A DNA stretch of 61,961 nucleotides, filler included, from Pseudomonadota bacterium (GCA_043825735.1; 6 parts of 6 records of this genome joined end to end with filler, not necessarily neighbours in it), one strand, 5' to 3'. Positions 48,864 through 60,140 are shown, counted from the whole stretch's first letter. The notes: a model not told the origin generated them from the sequence alone. Numbers and translations are program-made.

Positions 48864-48965
48864 AAAGCCCTTCGGGCGTGTTGACGGTATAAGGTCGGTG
48901 CCGGTGGTGTGTTCGGAGCTGATTGGCACTGCGTTATCTGCCCGCCGAGGGCGGGGAAAACTTTT

Positions 48966-49083
48966 TTGGCACGGATTACACGGATTACGCGGTCTAAATC
49001 GCCTTTGGCGCGGCAATTAACGCAGTGACCAATCTTTAAAACCGTATAGGCGCCATCCGCGTAATCCGTGTAATCCGTGCCAA
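48966..49083. repeat. Perfect 27-bp inverted repeat with 9-nt period
   Basis: ttggcacggattacacggattacgcgg ... ccgcgtaatccgtgtaatccgtgccaa. Confidence 0.9.
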
Positions 49084-49117
49084 TATCCGTTGCAGTTGCT
49101 GTTCGGCCAAAGGCCGC

Positions 49118-50542
49118 CTACTCCGGCAGCGCCGCCAGAACCCCTGCGATGAACGCATCCGTATCCCAGGTCTTCCGATCGGCCGTCGCTCCGAATCGCA
49201 CCAGCACGGCTTTCCGTGACGGAATGATGATGACTTTCTGTTCCTGAAACCCCTGCGCGGCATAGGCATCGCGGGGCGCGTGCGGCCACAGCCGGTTGCT
49301 TGGATCGCCTGGAGCGCCGGCGTTGAGCCAGAAAAGGGCCCCGTATTCGCCCTTGGGGGCCTTGGGCGTGGGCGTTGCGCTGTAGGCCGCCCATCCCTCG
49401 GGCAAAATCCGCTCGCCCTGCCAGACGCCGTCATTGAGATACAGCAGCCCGAAGCGCGCCCAGTCCCGGGGAGTGGCATAGCCGTAAGACGAGCCCACGA
49501 AAGTGCCGGACGAATCCGGCTCCATGACGGCGCTGAGCATTCCGATCCGGTCAAAGAGTCTGTCGTGAATGAACCGGTAATAGTGGGGGGTGTCCTTTTC
49601 CACGGCCTGCCTTACGATGCGCGCCACGATGTTGGCCGTGCCGCTGGAGTAATACCACTTGCTGTCGGGCGCTGCCTCCAATGGTTTTTTGGCGGAGAAG
49701 GCGGCAAAGTCGTAGGTGCCGTAAAGCATGTCGGTGGCATCATAGAGCGGCTTGTAGACTTCCTCGAAGGAAAGACCGCTGCTCATGCGCAGGAGCTCAT
49801 CGAGGGTGATCGCTTTCCGTGGGTCGTTTGCCGCCTGCCACTCGGGCACCGGCGCTGGTTTTTTAATGTCGAGGCGGCCGTCTTTAACGAGAATTCCCAC
49901 CAGGGCGTTGGTGATGCTCTTGGACATGGACCAGCCGAGCAGCGGCATGTCCTTGTGAAAGCCCTCGGCATAGCGCTCTGCAACCAATTGGCCGTCGTAG
50001 ATGACCACCACGGCCCGGGTCTTTCTCGGGTTGTCCGGCCTTGGTTCCCGGAAGGCATCCGTCAGGGCGGCATCCAGTTTTTTGACATCGATGCCCAGAG
50101 CGGCGGAATCCGCGGGTCCAGCGCTGCCGGCGGGCCAGGGCAGATCCGCCGACCGTACCGGACGCGAGGCCGAAAGATCGGGCGGCACGAACTGCTGCGC
50201 CCGCATGGCGGCTTCGCTCGTATCGATGACCAGGGAACATCCGCAGCCTTCCCGGTAGATGGCCGTAAGGCCGAACAGTCCGTGGGCGTCGGCCGTTACC
50301 GATTTATTTGTGAGATCGATGCGGTAGTCGAAAAACGGCGCCAGCGGGTTCACCGGCACCACGTCTTCACGGAACACTACGTCCGGGTCTCTGTGGGAGA
50401 TAAAGGTGCTGGAGCACAGATACTTGGACACGAACCCGCTGCCGATGGGGCCGGCCTTTTGCATGAACCAGCCAGCTGCCGCAACCGCCGCAATTAGCAC
50501 CACCCCGGTGCCGGCAAGACTCCATTTGACCCATTTTTTCAT
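49118..50542 (-). CDS. Serine hydrolase, beta-lactamase class C-like fold, membrane-anchored/exported
   Basis: SxxK (WSMSKS), LLRMSSGL, YYSSG, PRDWARFG; N-terminal hydrophobic segment. Confidence 0.85.
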   Translation of the reverse strand: MKKWVKWSLAGTGVVLIAAVAAAGWFMQKAGPIGSGFVSKYLCSSTFISHRDPDVVFREDVVPVNPLAPFFDYRIDLTNKSVTADAHGLFGLTAIYREGCGCSLVIDTSEAAMRAQQFVPPDLSASRPVRSADLPWPAGSAGPADSAALGIDVKKLDAALTDAFREPRPDNPRKTRAVVVIYDGQLVAERYAEGFHKDMPLLGWSMSKSITNALVGILVKDGRLDIKKPAPVPEWQAANDPRKAITLDELLRMSSGLSFEEVYKPLYDATDMLYGTYDFAAFSAKKPLEAAPDSKWYYSSGTANIVARIVRQAVEKDTPHYYRFIHDRLFDRIGMLSAVMEPDSSGTFVGSSYGYATPRDWARFGLLYLNDGVWQGERILPEGWAAYSATPTPKAPKGEYGALFWLNAGAPGDPSNRLWPHAPRDAYAAQGFQEQKVIIIPSRKAVLVRFGATADRKTWDTDAFIAGVLAALPE

Positions 50543-50623
50543 TTTGCGCTCCTGCCTCCGTAGAAAGAATATAGGCGCTGACGACGCGTGTTCAAAGCGC
50601 CTGTATGACATCTGAAATAACAG

Positions 50624-51147
50624 CGGGCGGGGATAAACTCCGCCCCTACATTTTAGGGAAAGGGTTTCGTAGGGGTGGGGTTTACCCCCGCCCGTGTATC
50701 GGTCGAAGCACGCTCCCCGTAAGTTAAAAGGCGATGCCAAGTGCACGCAAGCCGCACCGGCGTTTCCGGCAAATTTCCCCCTGATGCCTTTGAGCCTGCA
50801 GGGAGCGATATTATCGCTTCTACGGCGGGTTTGTCCACCGGTCTCCAAGATTCCCCATCCAGCATGCTGTGCTCATGATCTTCTGCTTGGGGGACGGGGT
50901 TTTCGGCCGTTAAGCGCGGTGACAGAAAAAAGCAGGAATTACCACAGAGAGCGCAGAGAACACAGAGATAATAATAACCATATAGTTATGCACTATTCTC
51001 CAGTTGGGGTTTCGGCTATTTCGTTGGGGCGGGGTTTTCTTGTCCGTCATAGCCTTGGCGACGGAGGATCCTCTCCCGCAATCGGCAAAGGTTACCCCAA
51101 GCGGCTGTGTTTACCGATCACGGGCGGGGGTAAACCCCGTACCCTAC
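50624..51147. repeat. Cluster of GTAG-type REP sequences
   Basis: cgggcggggataaactccgcccctac (50624), gtaggggtggggtttacccccgcccg (50669), cgggcgggggtaaaccccgtaccctac (51121), interrupted copy at 51023. Confidence 0.7.
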
Positions 51148-51452
51148 CTGGTTGAGTGCTCTCCGGTACCCCGATGGAATGCCGCGATGGACGCTTCGTT
51201 GCAACGACTAATTTAATATGTCAAATCTGCACCTGCCCATCCACTGGTGAAAGGTGCATTGCCAGGAATAAAAATTCGCAAAATACCATTTGCTTTTGCC
51301 GTTGCCCTTCGGCCGCAGGCCGCCCATCTGCGTAATCTGCGTAATCCGCGGTTAATTCTCTTTGGTGTTTGCCTTTCCGGCCGAAGGCCCCAATCCCTAT
51401 CCGCGCGGATCTTTGCGCGCTCTGCGGTTAAAAATCACTTTCCACGGTTTCA

Positions 51453-52184
51453 TCAAACTTGGATCGAGACCGGACAGCGTCCTACATAGACGCCATTGGT
51501 GGCGGTGTTTTGGAGCAGGGGATTGTCAAAGGTGATCGCGTGCCCGTCGGCGTCGGCGAAGACCTCGGACATAACGTCGAGAAAAGCCGCATCCGGCGGA
51601 TCGTTGGACCAGAGCGCAAAGACGCCGCCCGGTTTTAAAAACGCCGAAAGCCGCCGGAGGCCATCGATGGTGTAAAAAACACCGTGACTGGTATGAAGAC
51701 GGTGGCCCGGGGTGTGGTCGATGTCGAGCAGGATCGCATCGAAGCGGGCAGCGGCCGCCGCCGGATCGAAACCGTCGCCCCGGGCGCAGGCAAAGAAATC
51801 CGCCGGATGAAAGACGCACCGCGGATCGCCGCTGAGAATCTGTCCGTTGGGCACCAGCGCGCGCCGGTGCCAGTCGATGACCGGCGCCAGGGCCTCCACT
51901 ACCACAAGGCGCGCCACCTCGGCGTATTTGAGCGCCGCCGCCGCCGTATACCCCAACCCCAGACCGCCCACCACCACGTCCCATCCATCACCCGCCAGCA
52001 TCCTCAGAGCGATATCGGCCAGGGCCACCTCGGCGACGTGAAACAGGCTGCTCATGAGGTATTCGTCCCCGAGCTTGACCTCGTAGACCTCGGCGCCGCC
52101 CAGTGACAGCACACGGCGGCGGCGAAGGATCAGCTCGCCGAGGCGGGTCTGCTGGTAATCGAGTTCTTCGATAGTGGGGGGCAT
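51453..52184 (-). CDS. Spermidine synthase-like SAM-dependent methyltransferase
   Basis: LMSS, VVVGGLGLGYT, VVVEA, FDAILLDIDHTP, LKPGGVFALWS. Confidence 0.82.
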   Translation of the reverse strand: MPPTIEELDYQQTRLGELILRRRRVLSLGGAEVYEVKLGDEYLMSSLFHVAEVALADIALRMLAGDGWDVVVGGLGLGYTAAAALKYAEVARLVVVEALAPVIDWHRRALVPNGQILSGDPRCVFHPADFFACARGDGFDPAAAAARFDAILLDIDHTPGHRLHTSHGVFYTIDGLRRLSAFLKPGGVFALWSNDPPDAAFLDVMSEVFADADGHAITFDNPLLQNTATNGVYVGRCPVSIQV

Positions 52185-52200
52185 GGTGTTTCCTCGCTGC

Positions 52201-52316
52201 GTTGGGATCGTTGGGATCGTTGGGATCGTTGGGATCGTTGGGATCGTTGGGATCGTTGGGATCGTTGGGATCGTTGGGATCGTTGGGATCGTTGGGATCG
52301 TTGGGAACGATGGGAC
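52201..52316. repeat. 9-bp tandem repeat (GTTGGGATC) x11 perfect plus 2 degenerate units at contig end
   Basis: Directly counted 52201-52299, then gttgggaac gatgggac. Confidence 0.95.
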
Positions 52317-52416
52317 NNNNNNNNNNNNNNNNNNNNNNNNNNNNNNNNNNNNNNNNNNNNTTAATTAATTAANNNNNNNNNNNNNNNNNNNNNNNNNNNN
52401 NNNNNNNNNNNNNNNN
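52317..52416. other. Artificial contig linker
   Basis: N-run with TTAATTAATTAA. Confidence 0.97.
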
Positions 52417-52596
52417 ACAGGAGGAAGGTTCAATACAAAATCGGGCAAAATGCACTGAAATTGACGTGAATTCGTGGTTACCATTGACTATACAACACTT
52501 TTTAAACTTGGAAATTTGCCTTTATTCCGGGCAAAATACCCGATTTTGACGAATGCGCCTATCAACACTCAACACACATCCGTTGCCACCTCCTTT

Positions 52597-54237
52597 TTAT
52601 GTCCGCGGCAGTGAAAAGTAAAATGCCGCTCCCTGGTCAACTTTTCCCTCGGCCCAAGTCCGTCCGCCGTGCCGGGCAATGATGCGGTGCACATTGGCCA
52701 GCCCGATGCCGCTGCCCTCGATTTCATCGGCTCGGTGCAGGCGTTGAAACACGCCGAACAGCTTGTCCACATATGTCATGTCGAACCCGACGCCATTGTC
52801 ACGAACAAAAATCACGGTTTCGGAGTCCCGGCCGGGAAGAGACCCGATTTCGATTTGGGCCTGCTGCCGGGGCCGGGTGAATTTCAAAGCGTTGGAGATC
52901 AGATTGCTTAGCACAACCCGTAACAATGTAGCATCGCTTCCAACCGCGGGCAGGTCGCTGATGCGCCACGCAATATTCCTTCCGGCGGCATCGGGTTCCA
53001 GTTCCCGAATGACCTCGCGCACCAGGGTCTCGAGGTCCACCTGTTGGAACGACAGGGCATGACTCCCCATTCGGGAGAAGGAAAGGAGGTTGTCGATCAA
53101 CACTCCCATTTTGTTGGCTGAGTCGGAAATGGTATCCATGTAGTGCCGGCCCTGTTCGTCCAGCGCCGACCCAACTTTCTTTTGCAGCAGTGCCAGAAAA
53201 CCGTCGATATGGCGCAGCGGTGCCCTGAGGTCATGGGACACCGAGTAGGAAAAGGCACCCATTTCATTATTCGCCGCTTCCAATTCCGCCGTGCGTTCCC
53301 GTACTAATTCTTCAAGATGATCGCGGTATAGGGAAAGCTTCTCTTCCGCCTGCTTGCGCTCGGTGATATCCATGATATTGCCGACGACCTTATTAATCCG
53401 CCCAGCTTCACGCACTGCGGTGGCGGTGGTTCGAATCCATTTCCGACAGCCATCAGCGGATGTGAACGGGAACTCCAGATCATATCCGTCCCCCTGTTGC
53501 ACACAACGCTGAAACACCGCGAAAATGATGGGACGATCGGCTGGCTCATAACATGTCAGGCTGCGGTCAATATGCTCGGATGTCCCCGGCGCGAACGCCT
53601 GTGGCTCGAAGCCGTGAATGCGGTAGGTTTCTTCGGTCCAGAAGGAAGTCTGCTGTTCGACATCCCAGTCCCACCCGCCGATTTTGGCCAGCCGTTGTGT
53701 TGCATTCAGCAGTGTTTCGCTTTGGCGCAGGGCCGCTTCCGCCTGTTTGCGTTCGGCAAGCTCGCGTTGCAACTGCGCATTGGCGGCCTGGAGTTCTTCG
53801 GTCCGCTCGGCCACCTTTTGCTCCAGATGTTCGGTCAGTTCCCGGAGATGCAAGTGGGTCCGTACCCTGGCCAGCACTTCTTCCGCCTGAAACGGCTTGG
53901 TTATGTAGTCAACACCACCGGCCTTGAAGCCTTTGACTTTTTCGGCTGTCTCGCCAAGTGCACTGATGAAAATTACCGGAACCTCTCGACTGCGGTCATC
54001 AGATTTAAGACGGCGACAGATCTCATATCCGTCAATGTCCGGCATTTTCACATCCAGCAAGACGATGTCCGGCACCTTGGCTGCCACTGATCGCAGCGCA
54101 ATGCTGCCGTCGGAGGCTGGGCGTACACGATATCCATGGCCACTAAGAATACCTGTCAGAAGCTGCAGGCCGGCCAGGGTATCATCAACAATAAGGATTT
54201 CCTGTTGTTCTAATTCCTTTGTCTTTTTCCCATTCAT
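52597..54237 (-). CDS. Hybrid kinase: REC - PAS - HisKA - HATPase
   Basis: ILIVDD, LLDVKMP, YITKPF; IGGWDWD PAS; SVSHDLRAPL, NLISNALKF, RDNGVGF, GSGIGL. Confidence 0.92.
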   Translation of the reverse strand: MNGKKTKELEQQEILIVDDTLAGLQLLTGILSGHGYRVRPASDGSIALRSVAAKVPDIVLLDVKMPDIDGYEICRRLKSDDRSREVPVIFISALGETAEKVKGFKAGGVDYITKPFQAEEVLARVRTHLHLRELTEHLEQKVAERTEELQAANAQLQRELAERKQAEAALRQSETLLNATQRLAKIGGWDWDVEQQTSFWTEETYRIHGFEPQAFAPGTSEHIDRSLTCYEPADRPIIFAVFQRCVQQGDGYDLEFPFTSADGCRKWIRTTATAVREAGRINKVVGNIMDITERKQAEEKLSLYRDHLEELVRERTAELEAANNEMGAFSYSVSHDLRAPLRHIDGFLALLQKKVGSALDEQGRHYMDTISDSANKMGVLIDNLLSFSRMGSHALSFQQVDLETLVREVIRELEPDAAGRNIAWRISDLPAVGSDATLLRVVLSNLISNALKFTRPRQQAQIEIGSLPGRDSETVIFVRDNGVGFDMTYVDKLFGVFQRLHRADEIEGSGIGLANVHRIIARHGGRTWAEGKVDQGAAFYFSLPRT

Positions 54238-54337
54238 TATACACCTTCGTTTGGTTTTTAATGTCAGGCGTTGGACGTTGGGTTTCAGGTGCCGGGCGTC
54301 AGAATAAAAACCAATAACAGGAAAACTGAAACCGAAA

Positions 54338-57130
54338 TTACCGATCTGCTTCCTTCAGTAGTCTCAGCAGACGGCCGTAATCGAGCTTTTTCGCGAGTAC
54401 TCTAAATGCACTGCCAATGGTGGCGTCTTGCTCGGCAATCTGCTCGATCAGTATCAGAGTTTGGTCTGTGTCCAATATGATTACGGCATCATGCAACCGG
54501 CTGAGCAGATCGGCCGGCAGGGTCGCCAATCTTTCCGGGCGTATTTCAATCTCAGGTTCGATTGGCACGTCTTTTTCCCCTCTGTCTTCATATACATATC
54601 TCAGACTGAGATGTTTACCCATGACACCGAAGATCTCATACTCACGAAATGGCTTACGCACGAAATCATCGCAGCCCGCTGCCAGGATCTGTTCTCTTTC
54701 CTCCTCCAGGGCATGGGCGGTGAGCGCTGCTATGACGGTCGATTTGCCGGCCTCGGTCTCCTTAATGCGCTGTGTGGCTTCCAGGCCGTCCATCACCGGC
54801 ATGCGGATGTCCATCCAGATGAAATCCGGCTGCCACTCGCGAAAAACATCCAGCGCCTGCCGGCCGTCGACCGCTTCCTGCACCTGAAAGCCGACGGTTC
54901 TGAGAAGTTTCACCAACATCGTACGGCTGTCCTTTTTGTCGTCAGCCACCAGGACGCGTGGAATGTCCTGACCGGCTTCCAGGCCGATCACACGCCTCTG
55001 TTGCATCACCCTCTCTTTGATATCCGACGCTGCGGCCCCCTTGATATCGATCTCAAAGCGGAAGGTGCTGCCTTTGCCCTCCTTGCTGGCAACGGTAATA
55101 TCGCCTCCCATGATACGGACATAGTCCCGGCTGATGGCCAGCCCTAGACCGGTGCCGTTTTTTTTCGCTCTGCCGCTTGCCGTTTGCTCGAAATAGGCAA
55201 ACACCTTGTCCATTTCATCCTCGGCAATGCCGACACCGGTGTCTTCTACCTCAACCTTAAGGCGCATCCCCTCCGCCGTTCCATCTTCAACAACAACCCG
55301 CATGATGACGCCGCCTTGGTCGGTGAACTTAACGGCATTGCCCAAAAGATTGATCAGTACCTGACGCAGCTTGGCCTCATCGGCTGCCACATACTGCGGC
55401 AGATCGCCGATTCCAATAATCTCAAAATGCAATCCCTTGGTATCCGTACTGGAGCCAAACATGTCTTCCAGGTCATGAAGGAAAGCGCGGATATCGAAAG
55501 AAGATGGGTTCAAGGTTGTCTGTCCGGATTCTATTTTGGATATTTCCAGCACGTCGTTGATTAACGCCAAAAGGTGTTCACCGCTTCTGTTAATGATATT
55601 GAGTTGTTCTCGTTGCTCGGGTTGCAGTGAGATGTCTCTCTGCATCAATTGCGAATATCCCAAAATGGCGTTCATGGGGGTGCGCAGCTCGTGGCTCATG
55701 TTCGCCAGAAACGCGCTCTTGGCCCGGTTGGCGGCTTCGGCGGCCATCTTGGCCTGCTCCAACTGACGGTTCTTTTCTTTCAAAACGTGGGTCCGTTCGG
55801 CCACTTCCTCTTCCAGATGGTCGCGGTGCTTCCGCAACCGCTCCTGAGCCGCGAGCTTGTCTCGCAGCATCTTGTTGGCGTTCAAGGCCATGCCGCGTAA
55901 TTCGCGGAATGTTAGGCCGGTCACCTCGATTTTGCGGTCGGCGAATGCGGCCTCATGGAAAAATTCGTCGAACCGGGAAAAGTCCCGTAGCAGGCTGCGG
56001 AAAACCCGCCGCACGGATAGCAAAAGCAATATACCCACTGTTCCGGACACCAGCAGGATAAAAAAGATGTCTCTGCGCAAACCGGCATAGAGGGCGCGTT
56101 GGAGAATTGCGATATCCGCTTCCACGTCATCGATATAGACGCCGGTGCCGACCATCCATTGCCAATCGCTCACGCCCTTGGAAAACGACACCTTGGGCCG
56201 CTCTTCGCCTGTATCTGGTTTACGCCAGGAATAGAAAACATAGTCGCCCTCGTCGGTTTTCGCTGCCGCGATCAAGTCCTGGACGACCTTTACCCCATTG
56301 AAATCCTGGTGGTCCCAAATGTTCTTGCCTACCAGCTCCGGCTGTGCGCCGTGCGCAAGGACCACACCTTGCCAATCGTCAATGAAGATGTATCCGTTCT
56401 TGCCGTAACAAACCTTGGCGATATCGTCCAACAATTCCTTCTGAATATCAGCTTCTATATCCTTGACAGAGATGGTCGCCCCGAGTATCCACCCATAGGG
56501 TTTGAACAGTTTGACGTAAGAGGGAAGGAGAATATCGTCCCCGTTTTCGTTCGGCTTGGTCCAAGTGTAAAGATAACTCCCTTCGCCTTTCTTCAGGGCC
56601 AGTCCGATCATGCCGGCGATCGCCGGATGGTTCTCCCCGTCGCGGAAGAGTGGTAGGGGTTTGCCTTCAAGATTGGATTCGGCGGCACCGAGAACGATGC
56701 TGCCCTCGAGGCCAAGGATAAAAAACTCGCCCTTCCCGTGATAAACACGCATCGGCTGAAGGACATTGACGATCGTCCGCTTGATCTCCTCGGGCGATGT
56801 TGTAGCGGCATTCCTTTGCTGGATATTCTCCAGCATGGCGTACGCTTCGTAGACTTGCTCCTTCACCAGGGTGCCAGCTTTGGGAACGATTTGATTACGC
56901 TCGAACGCGATACGCTCAATAATGCGGTCGACCTCCCGCTTGATCATCTGTTTTTGTTGTTCAACGAAAGCGACCCGCATCGCAGTGGCGCGATCTTTGA
57001 ATTCGTCATGCCGATGGATGGCGTGCAAAAGGATAATAACTACCACCAGACCGCATAGAAGACCGCCGACCGCAGCCCAAAGAATCCGTTGGAAGCTCAC
57101 ATTTCGTTCAGCCATAGGCGCTCTCTCCAA
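54338..57130 (-). CDS. Hybrid sensor kinase: two Cache domains - HisKA - HATPase - REC
   Basis: Two TM helices around Cache repeats ([22 protein letters not shown]); [32 protein letters not shown]. Confidence 0.92.
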   Translation of the reverse strand: MERAPMAERNVSFQRILWAAVGGLLCGLVVVIILLHAIHRHDEFKDRATAMRVAFVEQQKQMIKREVDRIIERIAFERNQIVPKAGTLVKEQVYEAYAMLENIQQRNAATTSPEEIKRTIVNVLQPMRVYHGKGEFFILGLEGSIVLGAAESNLEGKPLPLFRDGENHPAIAGMIGLALKKGEGSYLYTWTKPNENGDDILLPSYVKLFKPYGWILGATISVKDIEADIQKELLDDIAKVCYGKNGYIFIDDWQGVVLAHGAQPELVGKNIWDHQDFNGVKVVQDLIAAAKTDEGDYVFYSWRKPDTGEERPKVSFSKGVSDWQWMVGTGVYIDDVEADIAILQRALYAGLRRDIFFILLVSGTVGILLLLSVRRVFRSLLRDFSRFDEFFHEAAFADRKIEVTGLTFRELRGMALNANKMLRDKLAAQERLRKHRDHLEEEVAERTHVLKEKNRQLEQAKMAAEAANRAKSAFLANMSHELRTPMNAILGYSQLMQRDISLQPEQREQLNIINRSGEHLLALINDVLEISKIESGQTTLNPSSFDIRAFLHDLEDMFGSSTDTKGLHFEIIGIGDLPQYVAADEAKLRQVLINLLGNAVKFTDQGGVIMRVVVEDGTAEGMRLKVEVEDTGVGIAEDEMDKVFAYFEQTASGRAKKNGTGLGLAISRDYVRIMGGDITVASKEGKGSTFRFEIDIKGAAASDIKERVMQQRRVIGLEAGQDIPRVLVADDKKDSRTMLVKLLRTVGFQVQEAVDGRQALDVFREWQPDFIWMDIRMPVMDGLEATQRIKETEAGKSTVIAALTAHALEEEREQILAAGCDDFVRKPFREYEIFGVMGKHLSLRYVYEDRGEKDVPIEPEIEIRPERLATLPADLLSRLHDAVIILDTDQTLILIEQIAEQDATIGSAFRVLAKKLDYGRLLRLLKEADR

Positions 57131-57157
57131 TCAGCGCATCAGGATCACATTTTAAAA

Positions 57158-57610
57158 TCATTTTGCATTTAGGCTGTCCGGAGGTGTTTCATTGAGCAAT
57201 ACCCAGAACATACCGATTTCTTTAACCGCTTCAATGAATTCAACAAAACGTACCGGTTTCACCACATAAGCGTTGACACCGAGCTGGTAACACTCTTGCA
57301 GGTCAAATGTTTCACGCGATGAGGTCAGGATGACGACTGGAATCGAGCGTGTCTGCTCGTCCGCTTTAAGTTGTCGCAACACCTGCACACCGTCCATCCG
57401 GGGCATTTTGAGATCGAGCAGGATCACCACCGGGTTGCCGGGGGGACGCTGTGCAAATATTCCCCTTCGATATAAATAATCCAGCGCCTCCACCCCATCC
57501 CGGGCAATGGCAACTCCATTGGCCAGGTTGTGCTCGGAGAGCGCGGATAGCGTTAATTCGATGTCCTTGGGATCGTCCTCGACCAACAGGATTTTCTTGA
57601 TAGATTGCAT
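57158..57610 (-). CDS. Single-domain response regulator (Rcp1-like)
   Basis: ILLVEDD, ILLDLKMP, ILTSS, YVVKPV, FW. Confidence 0.92.
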   Translation of the reverse strand: MQSIKKILLVEDDPKDIELTLSALSEHNLANGVAIARDGVEALDYLYRRGIFAQRPPGNPVVILLDLKMPRMDGVQVLRQLKADEQTRSIPVVILTSSRETFDLQECYQLGVNAYVVKPVRFVEFIEAVKEIGMFWVLLNETPPDSLNAK

Positions 57611-57821
57611 GGTCATCTCCTTGTAATGTCTGTTACAGCGCAAAGGCAAATACTACACTCCCGAGGGACTGTTACCGTATCCTGGTCCGGTTTGGAATGG
57701 ACCCGATTACGAAATCGATCGGCTATCGGGGATGTTTGAATTTCAACACATTGGAAATACAGTGAAACGATAATGTTAAACAAAAATAGATTGCACTCAT
57801 GACCAGCGGATCGCCTATGGC

Positions 57822-57921
57822 NNNNNNNNNNNNNNNNNNNNNNNNNNNNNNNNNNNNNNNNNNNNTTAATTAATTAANNNNNNNNNNNNNNNNNNNNNNN
57901 NNNNNNNNNNNNNNNNNNNNN
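57822..57921. other. Artificial contig linker
   Basis: N-run with TTAATTAATTAA. Confidence 0.97.
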
Positions 57922-60140
57922 TGGAAATCACCTGGCGTGTCCCCGCCAGTACCCTAGGACGGCATGCGTGCTGTGCGCTGCGCAGTGGGTGTGAAGCCCG
58001 TCCGACAACGTACCGAATTGGGAGTAAGCCGTGAGGCGGACTCCTCTCCGAGAATCCTACTCGGTTAAGGGCTAGGGTCAGGACAATATGGCGAGAGTAA
58101 TCAAAGAACCGCACGCGCCGTCAAGCGAGCGACAGACCTACCGGGATTATAAGGTCGAGGATGTGCTTCCTTGTGTTTGCGCATATGGAGAGGTTGCAGG
58201 TCTCTAACGTGCCTGTACGGGACCCATATTTCCATCGGCGTCCAGGTTCCGCCTAAGTGGTCTGCAATGGTCGATTGTACAGAACGTATCAACCCCGTCA
58301 CATCGCCCGATGCAATATCGGGCAGGCATTACCGCAAGGCGTGCTGATGGTGAGGCGGGAGAAAGAATCCGGAAGAAGCAAATGCCGGTCTGTAATGGGC
58401 CGGATAGAGCCTGCAACATTGGCTCAACGCGAAAGCCGCAGGGCAACAGCCCCGGCGAAAGCGTGCTGACGTCCGGAAGGTGTCTCATTGCGAGAGAGCT
58501 TGGAGAACCTTTTAAGATGGGAAAGCAAAAGACAGCCCTTAGAGCTGGTGCACTCATCGGCGACGCAAAGAAATGGAAATCCACAGAGTGGAAATATGCA
58601 AGGCGTCAGGCCAGAAGGCTGCAGGTGCGTATCGCAAAGGCTGTAAGAGAGAACAGATGGAATAAAGTCAGAGCGCTACAATATCTGATATCTCGCTCGT
58701 TCTACGCCAAGTTACTGGCTGTGAAACGGGTGACCTCCAACCAGGGGAAAAAGACTCCCGGCGTTGACGGCGTCCTGTGGCGGGGCGCCCGAGCCAAAGG
58801 GCGGGCTGCATGCAGCCTGCGCAGACGTGGCTATAAACCTCAACCACTCAGAAGAATTTATATCCCGAAGAAGAACGGCCGGAAACGCCCGTTATCAATC
58901 CCGACGATGCATGATCGGGCGATGCAAGCGTTATACAAATTATCGCTGGCTCCGGTTGCGGAAACGACAGCCGACAGGAACTCTTACGGCTTTCGCGAAG
59001 GTCGCGCATGTGCCGACGCCATTCAGGCGGCCTTTAACGCTCTGTCAAAGCCGAACTCGGCAACATGGGTGCTGGAAGGAGATATTAAAGGCTGTTTCGA
59101 TAATATCTCGCATGAATGGATGCTTCGCAATATTGTGATGGACAAGGTTGTTCTTCAAAAGTGGTTGAAAGCGGGGTATGTGGAAAACGGCATCACCTAC
59201 CCCACACGAAAAGGTACTCCGCAAGGTGGGATTATCAGCCCCACGCTTTCAAATATGACGCTGGATGGTCTGGAGGAAGCCGTGCGTTGTGTAGTTCCCC
59301 GCAGATCCCGCGTCAACTTCGTCCGCTATGCTGATGATTTTATCATAACAGGAAAATCAAAACGCCTGTTGGAAAATCAGATCAAACCAGCGGTAGAAGG
59401 TTTTCTTGCCGAGCGCGGTCTAACACTGTCAAAGGAAAAGACCGTGATCACCTATATCAAGAAAGGAGTTACGTTCCTCGGACAAACTTTTCGAAAGCAC
59501 GGTCGGGTGCTGCACATCATACCGTCAGTCGAGGGAGTCCTCGCCCTCGTAAGAAAAGTGGGAACGTTACTCCGGAAACACGTCTGCGCACCGATGCCGA
59601 TCCTGATCAAGAAGCTGAATGAAACGCTTCGAGGTTGGGGAAACTACCACCGCCATGTGGTGGCGTCGGAAGCCTTCGGTCGAATCGATACCTATGTGTT
59701 TAAACAATTATGGCGTATGGTCAGACGGCGTCACCAGAACAAATCGAAAGGATGGCTGATAAAACAATACTGGTCAGCTTCCGGCCGAAAACACCGGTTC
59801 GCCGTTCGTTCCAAGACTGCCTCAGGCAAAACAGTAGTTTATGAGGTTATAAAGTTGCACGCCATTGGTATCCGAAGACACATCAAGATAAAGGCCGATG
59901 CAAATCCTTATTTGCAAGAATATGCCAAGTACTTCTGGCGTAGACGGAATAATAAGGAGAGCAAATTATTGGCGGCAATGTCGGCCCGTGAACTACGGGT
60001 CATGAGTGCCGCTTAGGAGGTTAAACAGCCGGGCAACTCCCTAAGGGTTGCCTTTTGAGAGGCTTGAGCCGTATGATGGGAAACTATCACGTACGGTTCT
60101 TAGGGGGGAAAGGGGCTGAAAGGCCCCTGACCTACCCGGT
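57922..60140 (+). mobile_element. Group II intron, 5' end probably lost at contig break
   Basis: About 600 nt structured leader, RT/maturase ORF, domain V gAGCcgtatgatgggaaactatcacgtacggttc (60066-60099), domain VI ending cctAcccggt. Confidence 0.92.
58517..60016 (+). CDS. ltrA: Group II intron reverse transcriptase/maturase, no HNH endonuclease seen
   Basis: RLQVRIAKA, GKKTPGVDG, RPLSIPT, YGFR, DIKGCFD, GTPQGG, RYADDF, FLG, LRGWGNYH. Confidence 0.93.
   Translation: MGKQKTALRAGALIGDAKKWKSTEWKYARRQARRLQVRIAKAVRENRWNKVRALQYLISRSFYAKLLAVKRVTSNQGKKTPGVDGVLWRGARAKGRAACSLRRRGYKPQPLRRIYIPKKNGRKRPLSIPTMHDRAMQALYKLSLAPVAETTADRNSYGFREGRACADAIQAAFNALSKPNSATWVLEGDIKGCFDNISHEWMLRNIVMDKVVLQKWLKAGYVENGITYPTRKGTPQGGIISPTLSNMTLDGLEEAVRCVVPRRSRVNFVRYADDFIITGKSKRLLENQIKPAVEGFLAERGLTLSKEKTVITYIKKGVTFLGQTFRKHGRVLHIIPSVEGVLALVRKVGTLLRKHVCAPMPILIKKLNETLRGWGNYHRHVVASEAFGRIDTYVFKQLWRMVRRRHQNKSKGWLIKQYWSASGRKHRFAVRSKTASGKTVVYEVIKLHAIGIRRHIKIKADANPYLQEYAKYFWRRRNNKESKLLAAMSARELRVMSAA

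Noticed and set aside
50543..50848. Long N-terminal extension of the serine hydrolase
   Set aside because: Crosses REP sequences; ATG at 50542 has an RBS and starts a signal-like segment
52174..52368. VGI-repeat protein
   Set aside because: Translation of the 9-bp tandem repeat running into the linker; no independent coding evidence
58310..58516. N-terminal extension of the RT; retron or DGR interpretation
   Set aside because: The region looks like structured intron RNA; domains V/VI and the maturase region identify a group II intron
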